Shown piece after piece: positions 8,432 to 16,490 of a DNA stretch of 40,684 nt. The first letter of the stretch is position 1. Each line of letters starts with the position of its first letter. The notes under the pieces are model-generated. The model did no database searches. It was not told where the DNA came from and saw nothing but the letters and a program-made list of their open reading frames with translations. The stretch is from Thermoleophilia bacterium (lineage in GTDB: Bacteria > Actinomycetota > Thermoleophilia > UBA2241): NCBI GenBank assembly GCA_038321515.1, contig JBBQFA010000001.1, positions 1 through 40,684 of the forward strand, read 5' to 3'. The translations under genes and the position numbers were made by a program.

Positions 8432-9945
8432 TACCGCGCCCGGACCTTCTTCTGGACGCTCACGCAGACGCCGTCCCAGACCACCCGGTACAGCTTCGTG
8501 CGCGCCTCACGGATCCTGAAGGAGTACGCTCCATCGCTCCCCGTGACCGTCCTCGCGACTCTGGACCACGTGCCGCGAGACGTGCTTCGGCGCTGCAGCA
8601 TCACCTTGGTCGAGGCGCCGGGCCCCAGTCGCGTCGTCAGCGTGCCGCTTACGGAGAACGTGGCGCGGCGCTTGACCGATCTGGGCGCCTGCATGCTCAG
8701 ACGGTTGCCGCCCGAGAAGGCGTACCAGGCGGGCTTGCGAGTGACCCGGTCGGTCTTGATCAGGCCGCAGTAGGCACCGTCGCTCGCACTCGTCCCGTCC
8801 GGGCGCTTCCAGTCGACGACGAGGAACCAGAGCAGTGCCTTGACGCGTTTCATCCGCTTGACCATCGCATACGCCTGGCGCAGGTACCGTGCCTGGTTCG
8901 CCGCCGAGACCTTGAGGCCGAAGAGCTTGGAGTACTGCGTGTTGTAGCCGAACTCGGTGAGGTAGAACGGCTTGCCGGGGAACAGCTTCATGAGCACGTC
9001 GAGGTTGGCAAGCGTGACGCAGCGTGAGGGGTTGTTCGGGAGGCGGTTGGGAGCCGCGCGGCGGGACCCTCCCGGCGTGTAGGGGTGGTGGGAGTACCCG
9101 TTGAACCACCTGTTTGCGTGCCTGGCCTTGAGATAGCGGGCGAACTTCTGCGGCGACGTGCTGCCCAGGCTGGGCTTGCTGGTGCCGCGCGGCGCCGTCG
9201 CGCCGGCGATGATGAAGGCCCTGGAGGAGCCGCGCTTGGCGCCGGTGCGGAAAGCCTTGAGCATCTTGAAGTAGACCCTCGGCCCGACCGCCTTCTTGCC
9301 TTTCCACTGCGGGTAGATCCCGCTGCCGAGGTTGGGCTCGTTCCACACCTCGAAGTAGCGCACCCGGAGTGGCTGATGCGCGAAGCGCGAGGCGAGAAAC
9401 TGGGCGAACGCGGAGAACTGCGCCCGTACAGCGGCGTTGTCGATGCGCATGGCGACGCTGGGATTGTAGCCCTCGCTGGTCCAGTACCGCGCATCGCTGG
9501 CCCACTCGGGCACATCGGAGCCGGTCATTATCACGGTCATCCTGGCAGCCCGCAGGGCGCCCACCACGGTGTCCAACTCCGTGACGTAGCTGTCGCTGTA
9601 GCCGTCGCCGTTCTGATCCTCGCTCGCCGGCATGGCTCCCGGGGCCTCGGGCTGAAGTCGCGCCCAACTCACCATCACTCGCGTCCAGCGCGCCTGAAGC
9701 CGGCCCGGTCCCATCTCCGCGACGATGGACGGCACGTCCTTCAAGTCGACGGGTGGATACACCCTTTCGAGCCGAGCATCGACGATGCCGCGGCTCACCG
9801 CCTGAGCCTGCTGCGGCAGGCCGGCGATGAGCAGGATGCCGGCAACCAGGAGCGGCAGGATGATTCGGGCCATGGCGCGCGGCGAGAGTATGGACTTCTT
9901 CATCAGTAGGGAGACCTCCATGAATAGCTGGCTCGTCGCAACCAT
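8431..9945 (-). CDS. secreted clan GH-A (TIM-barrel, GH5/GH39-like) glycoside hydrolase with C-terminal beta-sandwich
   Basis: The signal/TM segment is IILPLLVAGILLIAGLPQQAQA. The acid/base motif is RYFEVWNEPNLG and the nucleophile motif is FYLTEFGYN. The C-terminal module is SVSGTLTT...GTWSRVARTVTGSDGAYSFRI. An alternative start is the ATG at 9903 (MKKS), preceded by GGAGG. Confidence 0.8.
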   Translation of the reverse strand: MVATSQLFMEVSLLMKKSILSPRAMARIILPLLVAGILLIAGLPQQAQAVSRGIVDARLERVYPPVDLKDVPSIVAEMGPGRLQARWTRVMVSWARLQPEAPGAMPASEDQNGDGYSDSYVTELDTVVGALRAARMTVIMTGSDVPEWASDARYWTSEGYNPSVAMRIDNAAVRAQFSAFAQFLASRFAHQPLRVRYFEVWNEPNLGSGIYPQWKGKKAVGPRVYFKMLKAFRTGAKRGSSRAFIIAGATAPRGTSKPSLGSTSPQKFARYLKARHANRWFNGYSHHPYTPGGSRRAAPNRLPNNPSRCVTLANLDVLMKLFPGKPFYLTEFGYNTQYSKLFGLKVSAANQARYLRQAYAMVKRMKRVKALLWFLVVDWKRPDGTSASDGAYCGLIKTDRVTRKPAWYAFSGGNRLSMQAPRSVKRRATFSVSGTLTTRLGPGASTKVMLQRRSTSRGTWSRVARTVTGSDGAYSFRIREARTKLYRVVWDGVCVSVQKKVRAR

Positions 9946-9959
9946 AGCATCTGGTCAGC

Positions 9960-10184
9960 TGGGTCTGCGCGCAGCCCGGCCCACAGGCGGTCGCCTACGA
10001 GGCCGGTCCCACCGGCTACGAGCTGGCCCGTGCCCTCGCCGCCGCTGGCGTGCCCTGCCTCGTGGCTGCACCCTCGCGCATCCCGCGGGCTCCCGGTGAG
10101 CGCGTCAAGACCGATCGCCGCGACGCCGTCCGTCTGGCGAAGCTGCTGCGCCTCGAGGTCCGGCGACTGCGGACGTCATTGTGA
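9960..10184 (+). pseudogene. IS110-family transposase fragment (internal ~65 codons only)
   Basis: The translation is VAYEAGPTGYELARALAAAGVPCLVAAPSRIPRAPGERVKTDRRDAVRLAKLLRLE followed by a stop. This matches the conserved IS110/IS1111 DEDD transposase block (AYEAGPTG...APS.IP...G.RVKTDRRDA..LA.LLR). Neither the N-terminal nor the C-terminal parts are present. Confidence 0.7.
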
Positions 10185-10319
10185 AACGAGTTCTTAGGCG
10201 CGGCATCGAGGGAGGGGCCGGCTCATTGCGACGTTCGGATCGAGCTTGGGGAGTGGCGCGAAGACGATCACGCGCGGGATGACGGCGAAGCGAGGAAGGG
10301 GGATGAGCAGCGGCTCGAA

Positions 10320-10327
10320 TCCTCGCA
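10320..10327. repeat. left copy of the 8-bp target-site duplication TCCTCGCA of the IS1595 element
   Basis: This 8-mer is identical to the one at 11334-11341 and sits immediately outside the terminal inverted repeats. Confidence 0.8.
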
Positions 10328-11333
10328 CATGACCATCCCTTTACGTCCGGTTCGGCGCGTAGCCTCCCGAGCAGCGAACTGCTCTACAGGGAGGCAGAGA
10401 TGGACCATCCCAAGACGCTGATCGAGTTCATGGAGCTGTACCCGACCGAGGAGGCTTGTCGGCAGGCGCTCTTCGAGCACCGCTGGCCGCGGGGCTTCTC
10501 CTGTCGGCGCTGCGGGCACGATCGCACCTGGTATCTGCGCGGCCGCCGCCGCTATGAGTGCGCCGACTGCCACTACCAGGGCTCTGTCACGGCGGGCACG
10601 ATCTTCCATAAGACGCGCACCGACCTGCGCAAGTGGTTCCTGACGATCTGGCTGCTGGCCTCGACGAAGAAGGCGCCCTCGGCGGCCGAGCTTGCCCGCC
10701 AGCTCGGCGTGACGGTCAAGACGGCCTGGCTTCTGCGGCGCAAGATCCAGCACGCCATGGGCCGCCGCGCGGGCGAGCTTCAGCTGCGCGGCATCGTCGA
10801 GCTCGATGAGGGCTTCATCGGCGGCAGGCGCCGCGGACCGCTGAGCCGCGGACGCCGCCAGCCGGGCAAGACTCTGGTCGCGATCTCGGCGGAGCAGACG
10901 CCGGCTGGCGGTCTCGGCCGCGCCCACCTGCGCGTCATCGAGAACGCCAGCGCGAAGAGCCTCAGCGCGGCGGCGCGGGCCACGATCGCCGGCGGCAGCC
11001 TCGTGCAGACCGACGCCTGGAACGGGTACGCCGGTCTTGCCCCGGCCGGCTACGATCACCGCCCGCGCATCCTCGCCAGCGGCCGCGACATCGACGCATG
11101 GCTACCCTGGTCGCACATCGTGCTCGCGGGCTTCAAGCGCTGGATCCTCGACATCTTCCACGGCGTGTCCCCCCGCCCACCTGCAGGCCTACCTCGACGA
11201 GTACTGTTACTGACTCAACCGCCGCAAAGAGCGCCAAGACCTGTTTCGCCGAATCCTCAACCGCTGCCTTCTCTACAGCGAACCGGCGACATACTCCCTG
11301 CTCGCGGCGGCCTGAGTAAAGGGGATGGTCATG
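10328..11333 (+). mobile_element. IS1595-family insertion sequence (1006 bp), transposase inactivated
   Basis: The terminal inverted repeats are CATGACCATCCCTTTAC (10328-10344) and the reverse complement of GTAAAGGGGATGGTCATG (11316-11333), with one indel between them. The element is flanked by the 8-bp direct repeat TCCTCGCA, and 8 bp is the duplication size typical of IS1595. Confidence 0.85.
10400..11315 (+). pseudogene. IS1595-family transposase with frameshift and in-frame stop
   Basis: - The N-terminal zinc-ribbon/HTH part reads FSCRRCGH...YECADCHYQGSVTAGTIFHKTRTDLRKWF, followed by the DDE part IVELDEGFIGG...VQTDAWNGY.
- After ...FKRWILDIFHGVS the conserved tail HLQAYLDEYCY-LNRRKERQDLFRRILNRCL continues in another frame from 11178.
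- That tail contains a TGA at 11211-11213 where R or W is expected.
- The reconstructed stop at 11313-11315 lies just inside the right inverted repeat. Confidence 0.8.
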
Positions 11334-11341
11334 TCCTCGCA
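11334..11341. repeat. right copy of the 8-bp target-site duplication TCCTCGCA
   Basis: See 10320-10327. Confidence 0.8.
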
Positions 11342-11549
11342 ATGTGGTCGTGGTGGCGACGAAGGAGAGCCCGAAAGCGAAGGTCATGCCGATCGCGGCG
11401 CCATAGGCGGAGAGCAGCGACCCGTCCTGCATCGGGCAAACGCATCGCAGCCCGGCGGGGACCAGATGGCGCGTCGCGGCTCCCGTTCAGTCACGGCGAT
11501 GGCCGCCAGCGAACTCGGCGGTTCGACCGCGGCAGGCGCACCGATCTCG

Positions 11550-13616
11550 CTACCTGACCACCAAGCGGTTCGAGCCGACTTTCGCCTGTCTGTTGCCGGC
11601 GGCGTCGGTCGCGTAGACATAGTAGCGATAGGTGCGCCTCGGCAGGTTGCACGCGAAGCGATACGAATGCAGCCGGTTGACCGACCGCCTGCCGAGTCTG
11701 AGCGTCTTCTTGGTGACGCCGCGAAGTGTCTTGATCTTGATGACCACCTTAGCCTTGCCGGAGCAGGGTCGGGTGTCAGAGACCCTGTAGTAGAGGCGCA
11801 CGCGACGGTGGCGGCGCACCGTTCTCCGTCTCGTCGCCCTGGTGGTCGGCTTGCGCGTGTCGACCTTCACGGTGCAGGAGTGTGTCGCCTCCACATTGCC
11901 ACGGTTGTCAACGGCACGGTACTCGACACGGTGGATCCCGTCGCCCGAGTGATCGCGGGGCGCGCTCAGCGTGATTCGCGCGCCGCGAGCCCAGGCGGTG
12001 TCGCCAGTGGAGTCGACACGGTACTCAGTCCGGCTCACGCCAGAGCCTCCGTCGCCGTCCTCGGCCGTGAACGTCAGCGTCACCGCCCTGCGACGCCAGC
12101 TTCTCACGAGACCCGACACCGTGGTCGTCGGAGGCGCGCCGTCCGTCAGTGCCGCATCCACCGCGAAGGCTTTCAGACACACATTCGAGCTCGCCTGGCC
12201 GCTCGCCGTCGTGAGGTCCGTCCAGTCCTCGCCGTCGGGACTCACAAAGCTCTGTCCAGCGGACGCGGTGGCGGCCGCCGAGTAGCCGTAGAAGTCCGCC
12301 CATGCATACTCGACGGGGATGGGGTAGTCGTAGCCGGGCGTCGTCAACTCGATGGCGACGACGAACGTCGCCCCGGAGACGACAGCCTGAGATCGGGCCA
12401 GTTCTACCGTGTGGTAGCCGGCCATCGCCAGCTCTCCGGAGCCTGCCGGTCGCAGCGAGGGCAAGGACTCTCCCACAAAGATCGAGTAGGTGGATGAGCG
12501 TGCGGCGGAGTAGAAGCCCACCGCCTCGAGCACGCCGTCGGTGCTCGCCGTGAAGCGGTTCGCGAACCAGCCGGTGGTCGAACCGCCGAACCCGAGACTC
12601 GACGTCCAGCCGAGCTCGTCGTACTGGTAGTTGCGGTCGTAGTCGCCGGACGGTCCGGCCGCAACGAACACGGCGGTACCGTCATCGAGGCCCTCGACAT
12701 CGCTGCGAGCGAACGTGGCATCGTAGTACGAGATGTAGAAGTAACCATCGTCACCCCACGCCGTGCCCCAGCTGTTGCGGAGGATGAAGGCACCGTCCCC
12801 CGGAGGACGCTCAGAGAAGTTGCTCGCTGAGAAGGCATCGTCCCAGCCAACGACATCCACGGCGTGGTTCGACGCCAGGCTCATCGGGCAGTAGTAGGAG
12901 TTCGTGTCGCTCCGCCAGTGCGCAGAGGCCCAGAAGAAGTCGACGTAGACCGCCCCATGCTCCGTGACCGCCTCCTTGATGGCGCCGTTGTCGGTGGGGC
13001 CCCGACGTCCAGGTATGTAGAGGACATCGCTGACACGCCGTGCGACCTGGAGGCCGGGCGGCGTGGTGTAGTCGCCGTAGGCGTCCTGTTCGAGCAGGAC
13101 GGGCCCTCCCCACCGCGCCAAGTAGGCCGTCGCCATGAGCGAGTTGCCACCCACTTCGTAGAGGCCGTCGGCGCTCAAGTCGGCGAAGAAGCCGGAGTTG
13201 AGGACCAGGTTGTCTTCCGAGAACACGGAGGTCTCACCGGGAAACGAGGACCAAAGCACGGATTCGAGCGAACCCATCGAGGCGAACGACCAGCAGCTCC
13301 CGTGATTCCCCTGATCTCCGATTGGGGTAAGGCGCGGTGGAGAGAACCCGCGAAGGTCGTAGCTGGGCGGCAGAACGGAGGCGACCTCTGAGCGCGAGTC
13401 GAACGCCAGTGAGCCGACGTCGACCGGTGCCGGGGCCAGTCCTACGGCTGCACTGGGACCCACGTCCGCCCCGAGATGCGTGGCAGCAGCCGGCGCGCCG
13501 GCTGAACGCCACTCGAAGGCGCGGTTCTCAGGCGCCTGACGCAGGGCCGGGGAGGCCAGGACCGAGGAAGCAACGAGACAGAGGACGACCGTCGTCGCGG
13601 TGACAGCCGTCGTCAT
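11550..13616 (-). CDS. secreted papain-family (C1) cysteine peptidase with C-terminal Ig-like repeats
   Basis: - Catalytic motifs: GDQGNHGSCWSFASMGSLES (Cys), SNHAVDVVGWDD (His), LRNSWGTAWGDDGYFYISY (Asn/Trp).
- I prefer the start at the ATG at 13616 (MTTAVTATTVVLCLVASSVLA, a signal peptide). The longer ORF reaching 13919 has an Arg/Cys-rich extension that overlaps the divergent gene. Confidence 0.85.
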   Translation of the reverse strand: MTTAVTATTVVLCLVASSVLASPALRQAPENRAFEWRSAGAPAAATHLGADVGPSAAVGLAPAPVDVGSLAFDSRSEVASVLPPSYDLRGFSPPRLTPIGDQGNHGSCWSFASMGSLESVLWSSFPGETSVFSEDNLVLNSGFFADLSADGLYEVGGNSLMATAYLARWGGPVLLEQDAYGDYTTPPGLQVARRVSDVLYIPGRRGPTDNGAIKEAVTEHGAVYVDFFWASAHWRSDTNSYYCPMSLASNHAVDVVGWDDAFSASNFSERPPGDGAFILRNSWGTAWGDDGYFYISYYDATFARSDVEGLDDGTAVFVAAGPSGDYDRNYQYDELGWTSSLGFGGSTTGWFANRFTASTDGVLEAVGFYSAARSSTYSIFVGESLPSLRPAGSGELAMAGYHTVELARSQAVVSGATFVVAIELTTPGYDYPIPVEYAWADFYGYSAAATASAGQSFVSPDGEDWTDLTTASGQASSNVCLKAFAVDAALTDGAPPTTTVSGLVRSWRRRAVTLTFTAEDGDGGSGVSRTEYRVDSTGDTAWARGARITLSAPRDHSGDGIHRVEYRAVDNRGNVEATHSCTVKVDTRKPTTRATRRRTVRRHRRVRLYYRVSDTRPCSGKAKVVIKIKTLRGVTKKTLRLGRRSVNRLHSYRFACNLPRRTYRYYVYATDAAGNRQAKVGSNRLVVR

Positions 13617-13922
13617 CCAGAGGACAAGGTTCAAAGCCGTGCGTTTCGTGAAGCTACCTCCGTGTCGGCGCCTGCAGGCCACGGTGAGGAGCGACCCCAG
13701 CGGCGTCCCGGTCGCTGCGTCCGCAAGTGGGAGCCGGCGCGTCACCCTCGTGCCTCGACAAAGGAACGCGCAAACATCGAGCGTCCTAGCGACGACGCAG
13801 TCGGCGAAGCAGCCCCGGCCTCCCGGCCAGTGGCTGCGTGGGACCGCAGGCTCGCGACTCGCCATTGCTCTCGGTCTGCCCAAAGGTTCGACGGGCGGCC
13901 GATCGATGATACCATTCAAGCA

Positions 13923-15035
13923 ATGTGGTCGCTCTCGAGGACGATCAACGCCCGGGTGCGACGCCTCCGTGCCCTCCTCCTCGGCGCCGGCGTCGTGTGC
14001 GCCCTTCTCGGCGCCTCACCGTTCACCACGCCGGCGGCGGCGATCGAGGGCTCGGACTGGCAGCATGCACTGCGAGTCGCCCAAAGCCTTCGCGAGGACC
14101 CGCCGGCCGAGCCCGCCGTGCTCCTTCTCGGCGGCTCCGCCGCACGGGAGGCAACGGTGAGCGACAAGGCGTGGGCCGCGGGCGTACAAACCCTCGGCGG
14201 CTGTGCGGTGACCGCGTACAACCTGGGTTCGCGGAACCAGACCTTCGAACAGGACGTGGCGCTCCTCGACGCCCTTCCCGGAATCCCCGTCCTCGTCTTC
14301 ATCGGCGTCAACCTCGGTCGCTTCACGTCGCCGCCCACGACCACCACGTCGACCACCCCGGCGGCCACCAAGGGTACCTACACGCAGCACCACTACAGCA
14401 GCGCCCGCATCCAGTCGCTGGAGAAGAAGAAGGACGCGGTCCGGTACTGGATGCGCCAGCGCTATCCGGTCTTCTCGGAGCGCTACGCCGCCAACCTGGC
14501 GCGACTCGGCCGGCTCGTCAGCGCGTGCCGGGCGCGCGGCTACCGTCCGGTCCTTCTCGACCTACCGCGCAACATGGAAGTCATCGGGGAGGCGTTCGAT
14601 ACGCCGATCGCTCAGTACCAAGAAGGCTGCCGCGCGCTCGCCGACGAGCACGCGATTCCCTTCATCGACTTCGTGACGGACGTTCAGCTCGGGAACCAGG
14701 ACTTCTACGACCTGGCCCACCTGGTCGATCCGGGTCGGGCCAAGTTCCAGGGCCGGCTCACGAGCGAGACCGTTCGCCTCCTGGCCGAGTATGGCATGCA
14801 ACCCGGCGCCGCGCGGGCACGGGATGCCGGATCCGTCGCGTCGCGAACCCTGTGGCTCGTGCCGTGGGTGGTCGCGGCGGCGGTACTTGGAGGGGCGCTC
14901 GCGGTGCAGCGCCGTCGCGTCGTCGTGCGTCGCCGCCGAAGAGCGCGGCGACAGCGGCAGGCAGCTCGTCGACGACGCGAGCTACCCCGGTCCGACGCCC
15001 CCGGTGTGCGCCTTTCCGGGGGCGACCCGGAGTAG
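13923..15035 (+). CDS. exported SGNH/GDSL-like hydrolase-fold protein with C-terminal TM anchor and Arg-rich tail (uncharacterised family, copy 1)
   Basis: - Start MWSLSR... with signal LRALLLGAGVVCALLGA.
- Block I-like motif AVLLLGGSAARE and block V-like motif FYDLAHLV (DxxH).
- C-terminal TM segment LWLVPWVVAAAVLGGALAV, followed by RRRVVVRRRRRARRQRQAARRRR.
- It is paralogous to 16491-17633 and to the remnant at 7821-8431. Confidence 0.6.
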   Translation: MWSLSRTINARVRRLRALLLGAGVVCALLGASPFTTPAAAIEGSDWQHALRVAQSLREDPPAEPAVLLLGGSAAREATVSDKAWAAGVQTLGGCAVTAYNLGSRNQTFEQDVALLDALPGIPVLVFIGVNLGRFTSPPTTTTSTTPAATKGTYTQHHYSSARIQSLEKKKDAVRYWMRQRYPVFSERYAANLARLGRLVSACRARGYRPVLLDLPRNMEVIGEAFDTPIAQYQEGCRALADEHAIPFIDFVTDVQLGNQDFYDLAHLVDPGRAKFQGRLTSETVRLLAEYGMQPGAARARDAGSVASRTLWLVPWVVAAAVLGGALAVQRRRVVVRRRRRARRQRQAARRRRELPRSDAPGVRLSGGDPE

Positions 15036-15146
15036 GATCGGGCGCGGCGACCAAAGACCGGATGATCGCCTGATCACGTCGCCCGCCGTTGGCGCCCTGC
15101 CCGACGTGGGGCGCAAGCGGCGCCACGTGGCGCCGCGGAGGACGGC

Positions 15147-16355
15147 TCACTTCGCGGCCAGCTGGGACGACTTGAGTACGCGGCGCCCCCAGGCGAAGTA
15201 CGTCTTCCAGTAGGTGTTGTACGGGTCGTCCAGACTCGCGATCGTGACGCCGTCACTGGAGCCGGTCGAGTGGATGAACCAGCCGTTTCCCATGAAGAGC
15301 GCCGCATGGTAGATCTGAGCGACGGTCGACCTGGCGCCCCGGGTCCCGAAGAAGATGAGGTCACCGGGCTGCAGCCGGCTGCGCGTGAGGCGCGGCTTGG
15401 CCAACCTGGCCTGGTCGCCGCCGCCGCGCCCGCGGACGGCGTAGCCGAAGTGGCATTGCATGACGTAGAAGGTGAAGCCGGAGCAGTCGAAACCGCCGGC
15501 CGCCTGTGGGCCGTACGGCGAGCTCTTCGTCGGCCACTCTCCCGCCCAGACGTAGGGATAGCCGATGTACCCGAGCGCGTAACCGAGAATCTGCCTCTGC
15601 CTTGTGCTGAGCGGCGGCAGGGTCAGATCCGCATACTTGGCGATGCCGTAGAGTTTGCTGCTCGCCGAATAGGCCCGGCGGAGCAGGTAGGCCACCTCGG
15701 CGCGGCTGATCTTCTGCCGCGGAGTCAGCTCTCGACGGTCGCTCCCGGCAGGGTGGTTGTAACGCAGCTGCAGCTGCCTGGCCGCGATCGTGGTAGCGAA
15801 ATACGAGGGCAGCGACGGCCTCCAGCCGGACACCGGCTCCCAGCGGCGGGACTTGAGAGCGGTGAGCATCGTCCAGTCGGCGGCCGGGTATGCCTGCGCC
15901 AGCCAGCGGACGACCGCCGCTTCGGCGGTGGCGGCGGCCACCGCCCGGCCGGGGTAGAACCCGCGTTCGCCGTCCTTGCTGATCAGCCCCAGGAAGCCGT
16001 AGTGCAACGCCACCTGGGCGTCCGCATAGCAGCGGTTCTTCTCGGGAGTCATGTCCGGGATCTCGACCTCGGGCACATTCTCCCCGCGGTGGCCGGAGAC
16101 GATCGCCAGCGCCCGTGCCAGCTGAGCGCGACTGAGCGCCTTTCCCGGCTTGAACAGCGGACCGTAGTCGTCGAGCAGCCTGGCGCCGGGCGTCCCGCGG
16201 TCCGTGACCCAGTCGATCGCGGAGCGCGCCCAGTGTCGAGAACCGACGTCGCCGAACGTCTGGCCCATCGCCGGGGCCGCCGCGACGACTCCGCAGCTCA
16301 TCAGGCAGGCCGTCGCGGCAGCGATCTGGAGAGCACTCTTGCGCCAGGTCCTCAT
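15147..16355 (-). CDS. SLH-domain NlpC/P60 peptidoglycan endopeptidase
   Basis: - Preferred start is the ATG at 16355 (MRTWRKSALQIAAATACLMSCGVVAAAPAMG).
- SLH-like repeats: FGDVGSRHWARSAIDWV, FKPGKALSRAQLARALA.
- NlpC/P60 core: YPYVWAGEW...GGFDCSGFTFYVM...PGDLIFFG...HAALFMGNGWFIHS. Confidence 0.85.
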   Translation of the reverse strand: MRTWRKSALQIAAATACLMSCGVVAAAPAMGQTFGDVGSRHWARSAIDWVTDRGTPGARLLDDYGPLFKPGKALSRAQLARALAIVSGHRGENVPEVEIPDMTPEKNRCYADAQVALHYGFLGLISKDGERGFYPGRAVAAATAEAAVVRWLAQAYPAADWTMLTALKSRRWEPVSGWRPSLPSYFATTIAARQLQLRYNHPAGSDRRELTPRQKISRAEVAYLLRRAYSASSKLYGIAKYADLTLPPLSTRQRQILGYALGYIGYPYVWAGEWPTKSSPYGPQAAGGFDCSGFTFYVMQCHFGYAVRGRGGGDQARLAKPRLTRSRLQPGDLIFFGTRGARSTVAQIYHAALFMGNGWFIHSTGSSDGVTIASLDDPYNTYWKTYFAWGRRVLKSSQLAAK

Positions 16356-16490
16356 TACCCAACACCATCGGCCACATCTGCTGCGACTTAAGCGACGAAG
16401 GCCCTGCACAACACGAGTCGCGGGACGGGACTTCGCACCCGCCGCCTTGAGGCCGTCGCATTCGCTTGCTATCCTAGGACGCAGAAAGGG

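Noticed and set aside
8507-9667. 386-aa and 175-aa minus-strand ORFs and a 274-aa plus-strand ORF overlapping the glycosidase gene.
   Set aside because: These are alternative frames of the gene whose own frame carries the NEP and TEFG catalytic motifs. Their products are Arg/Pro/Gln/Ala-rich and not protein-like.
10305-10330. A tRNA-like GGCTCGAATCC string at the IS1595 insertion site, raising the idea of a tRNA-gene target.
   Set aside because: The flanking bases do not form a T-stem (GCGGC versus CTCGC is not complementary). No acceptor or anticodon arms can be drawn.
10268-12497. A 263-aa minus-strand ORF over the IS1595 transposase, the 385-aa reading of the transposase ORF to 11557, and a 390-aa plus-strand ORF over the peptidase gene.
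   Set aside because: - The 263-aa ORF is antisense to the transposase motifs.
- The tail of the 385-aa ORF after ~11165 is out of frame relative to the conserved IS1595 C-terminus and runs past the right inverted repeat.
- The 390-aa ORF is antisense to the C1 peptidase.
13617-13922. N-terminal extensions of both divergent ORFs: the peptidase to 13919 and the SGNH-like gene from 13662.
   Set aside because: The extensions overlap each other on opposite strands and are Arg/Cys/Pro-rich. In each case they precede an internal Met followed by a good signal peptide.
15270-16461. A 373-aa plus-strand ORF and a 366-aa minus-strand ORF across the NlpC/P60 gene.
   Set aside because: The SLH and NlpC/P60 motifs occur only in the 15147-16355 frame. 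The other frames are low-complexity Arg/Gly/Pro.
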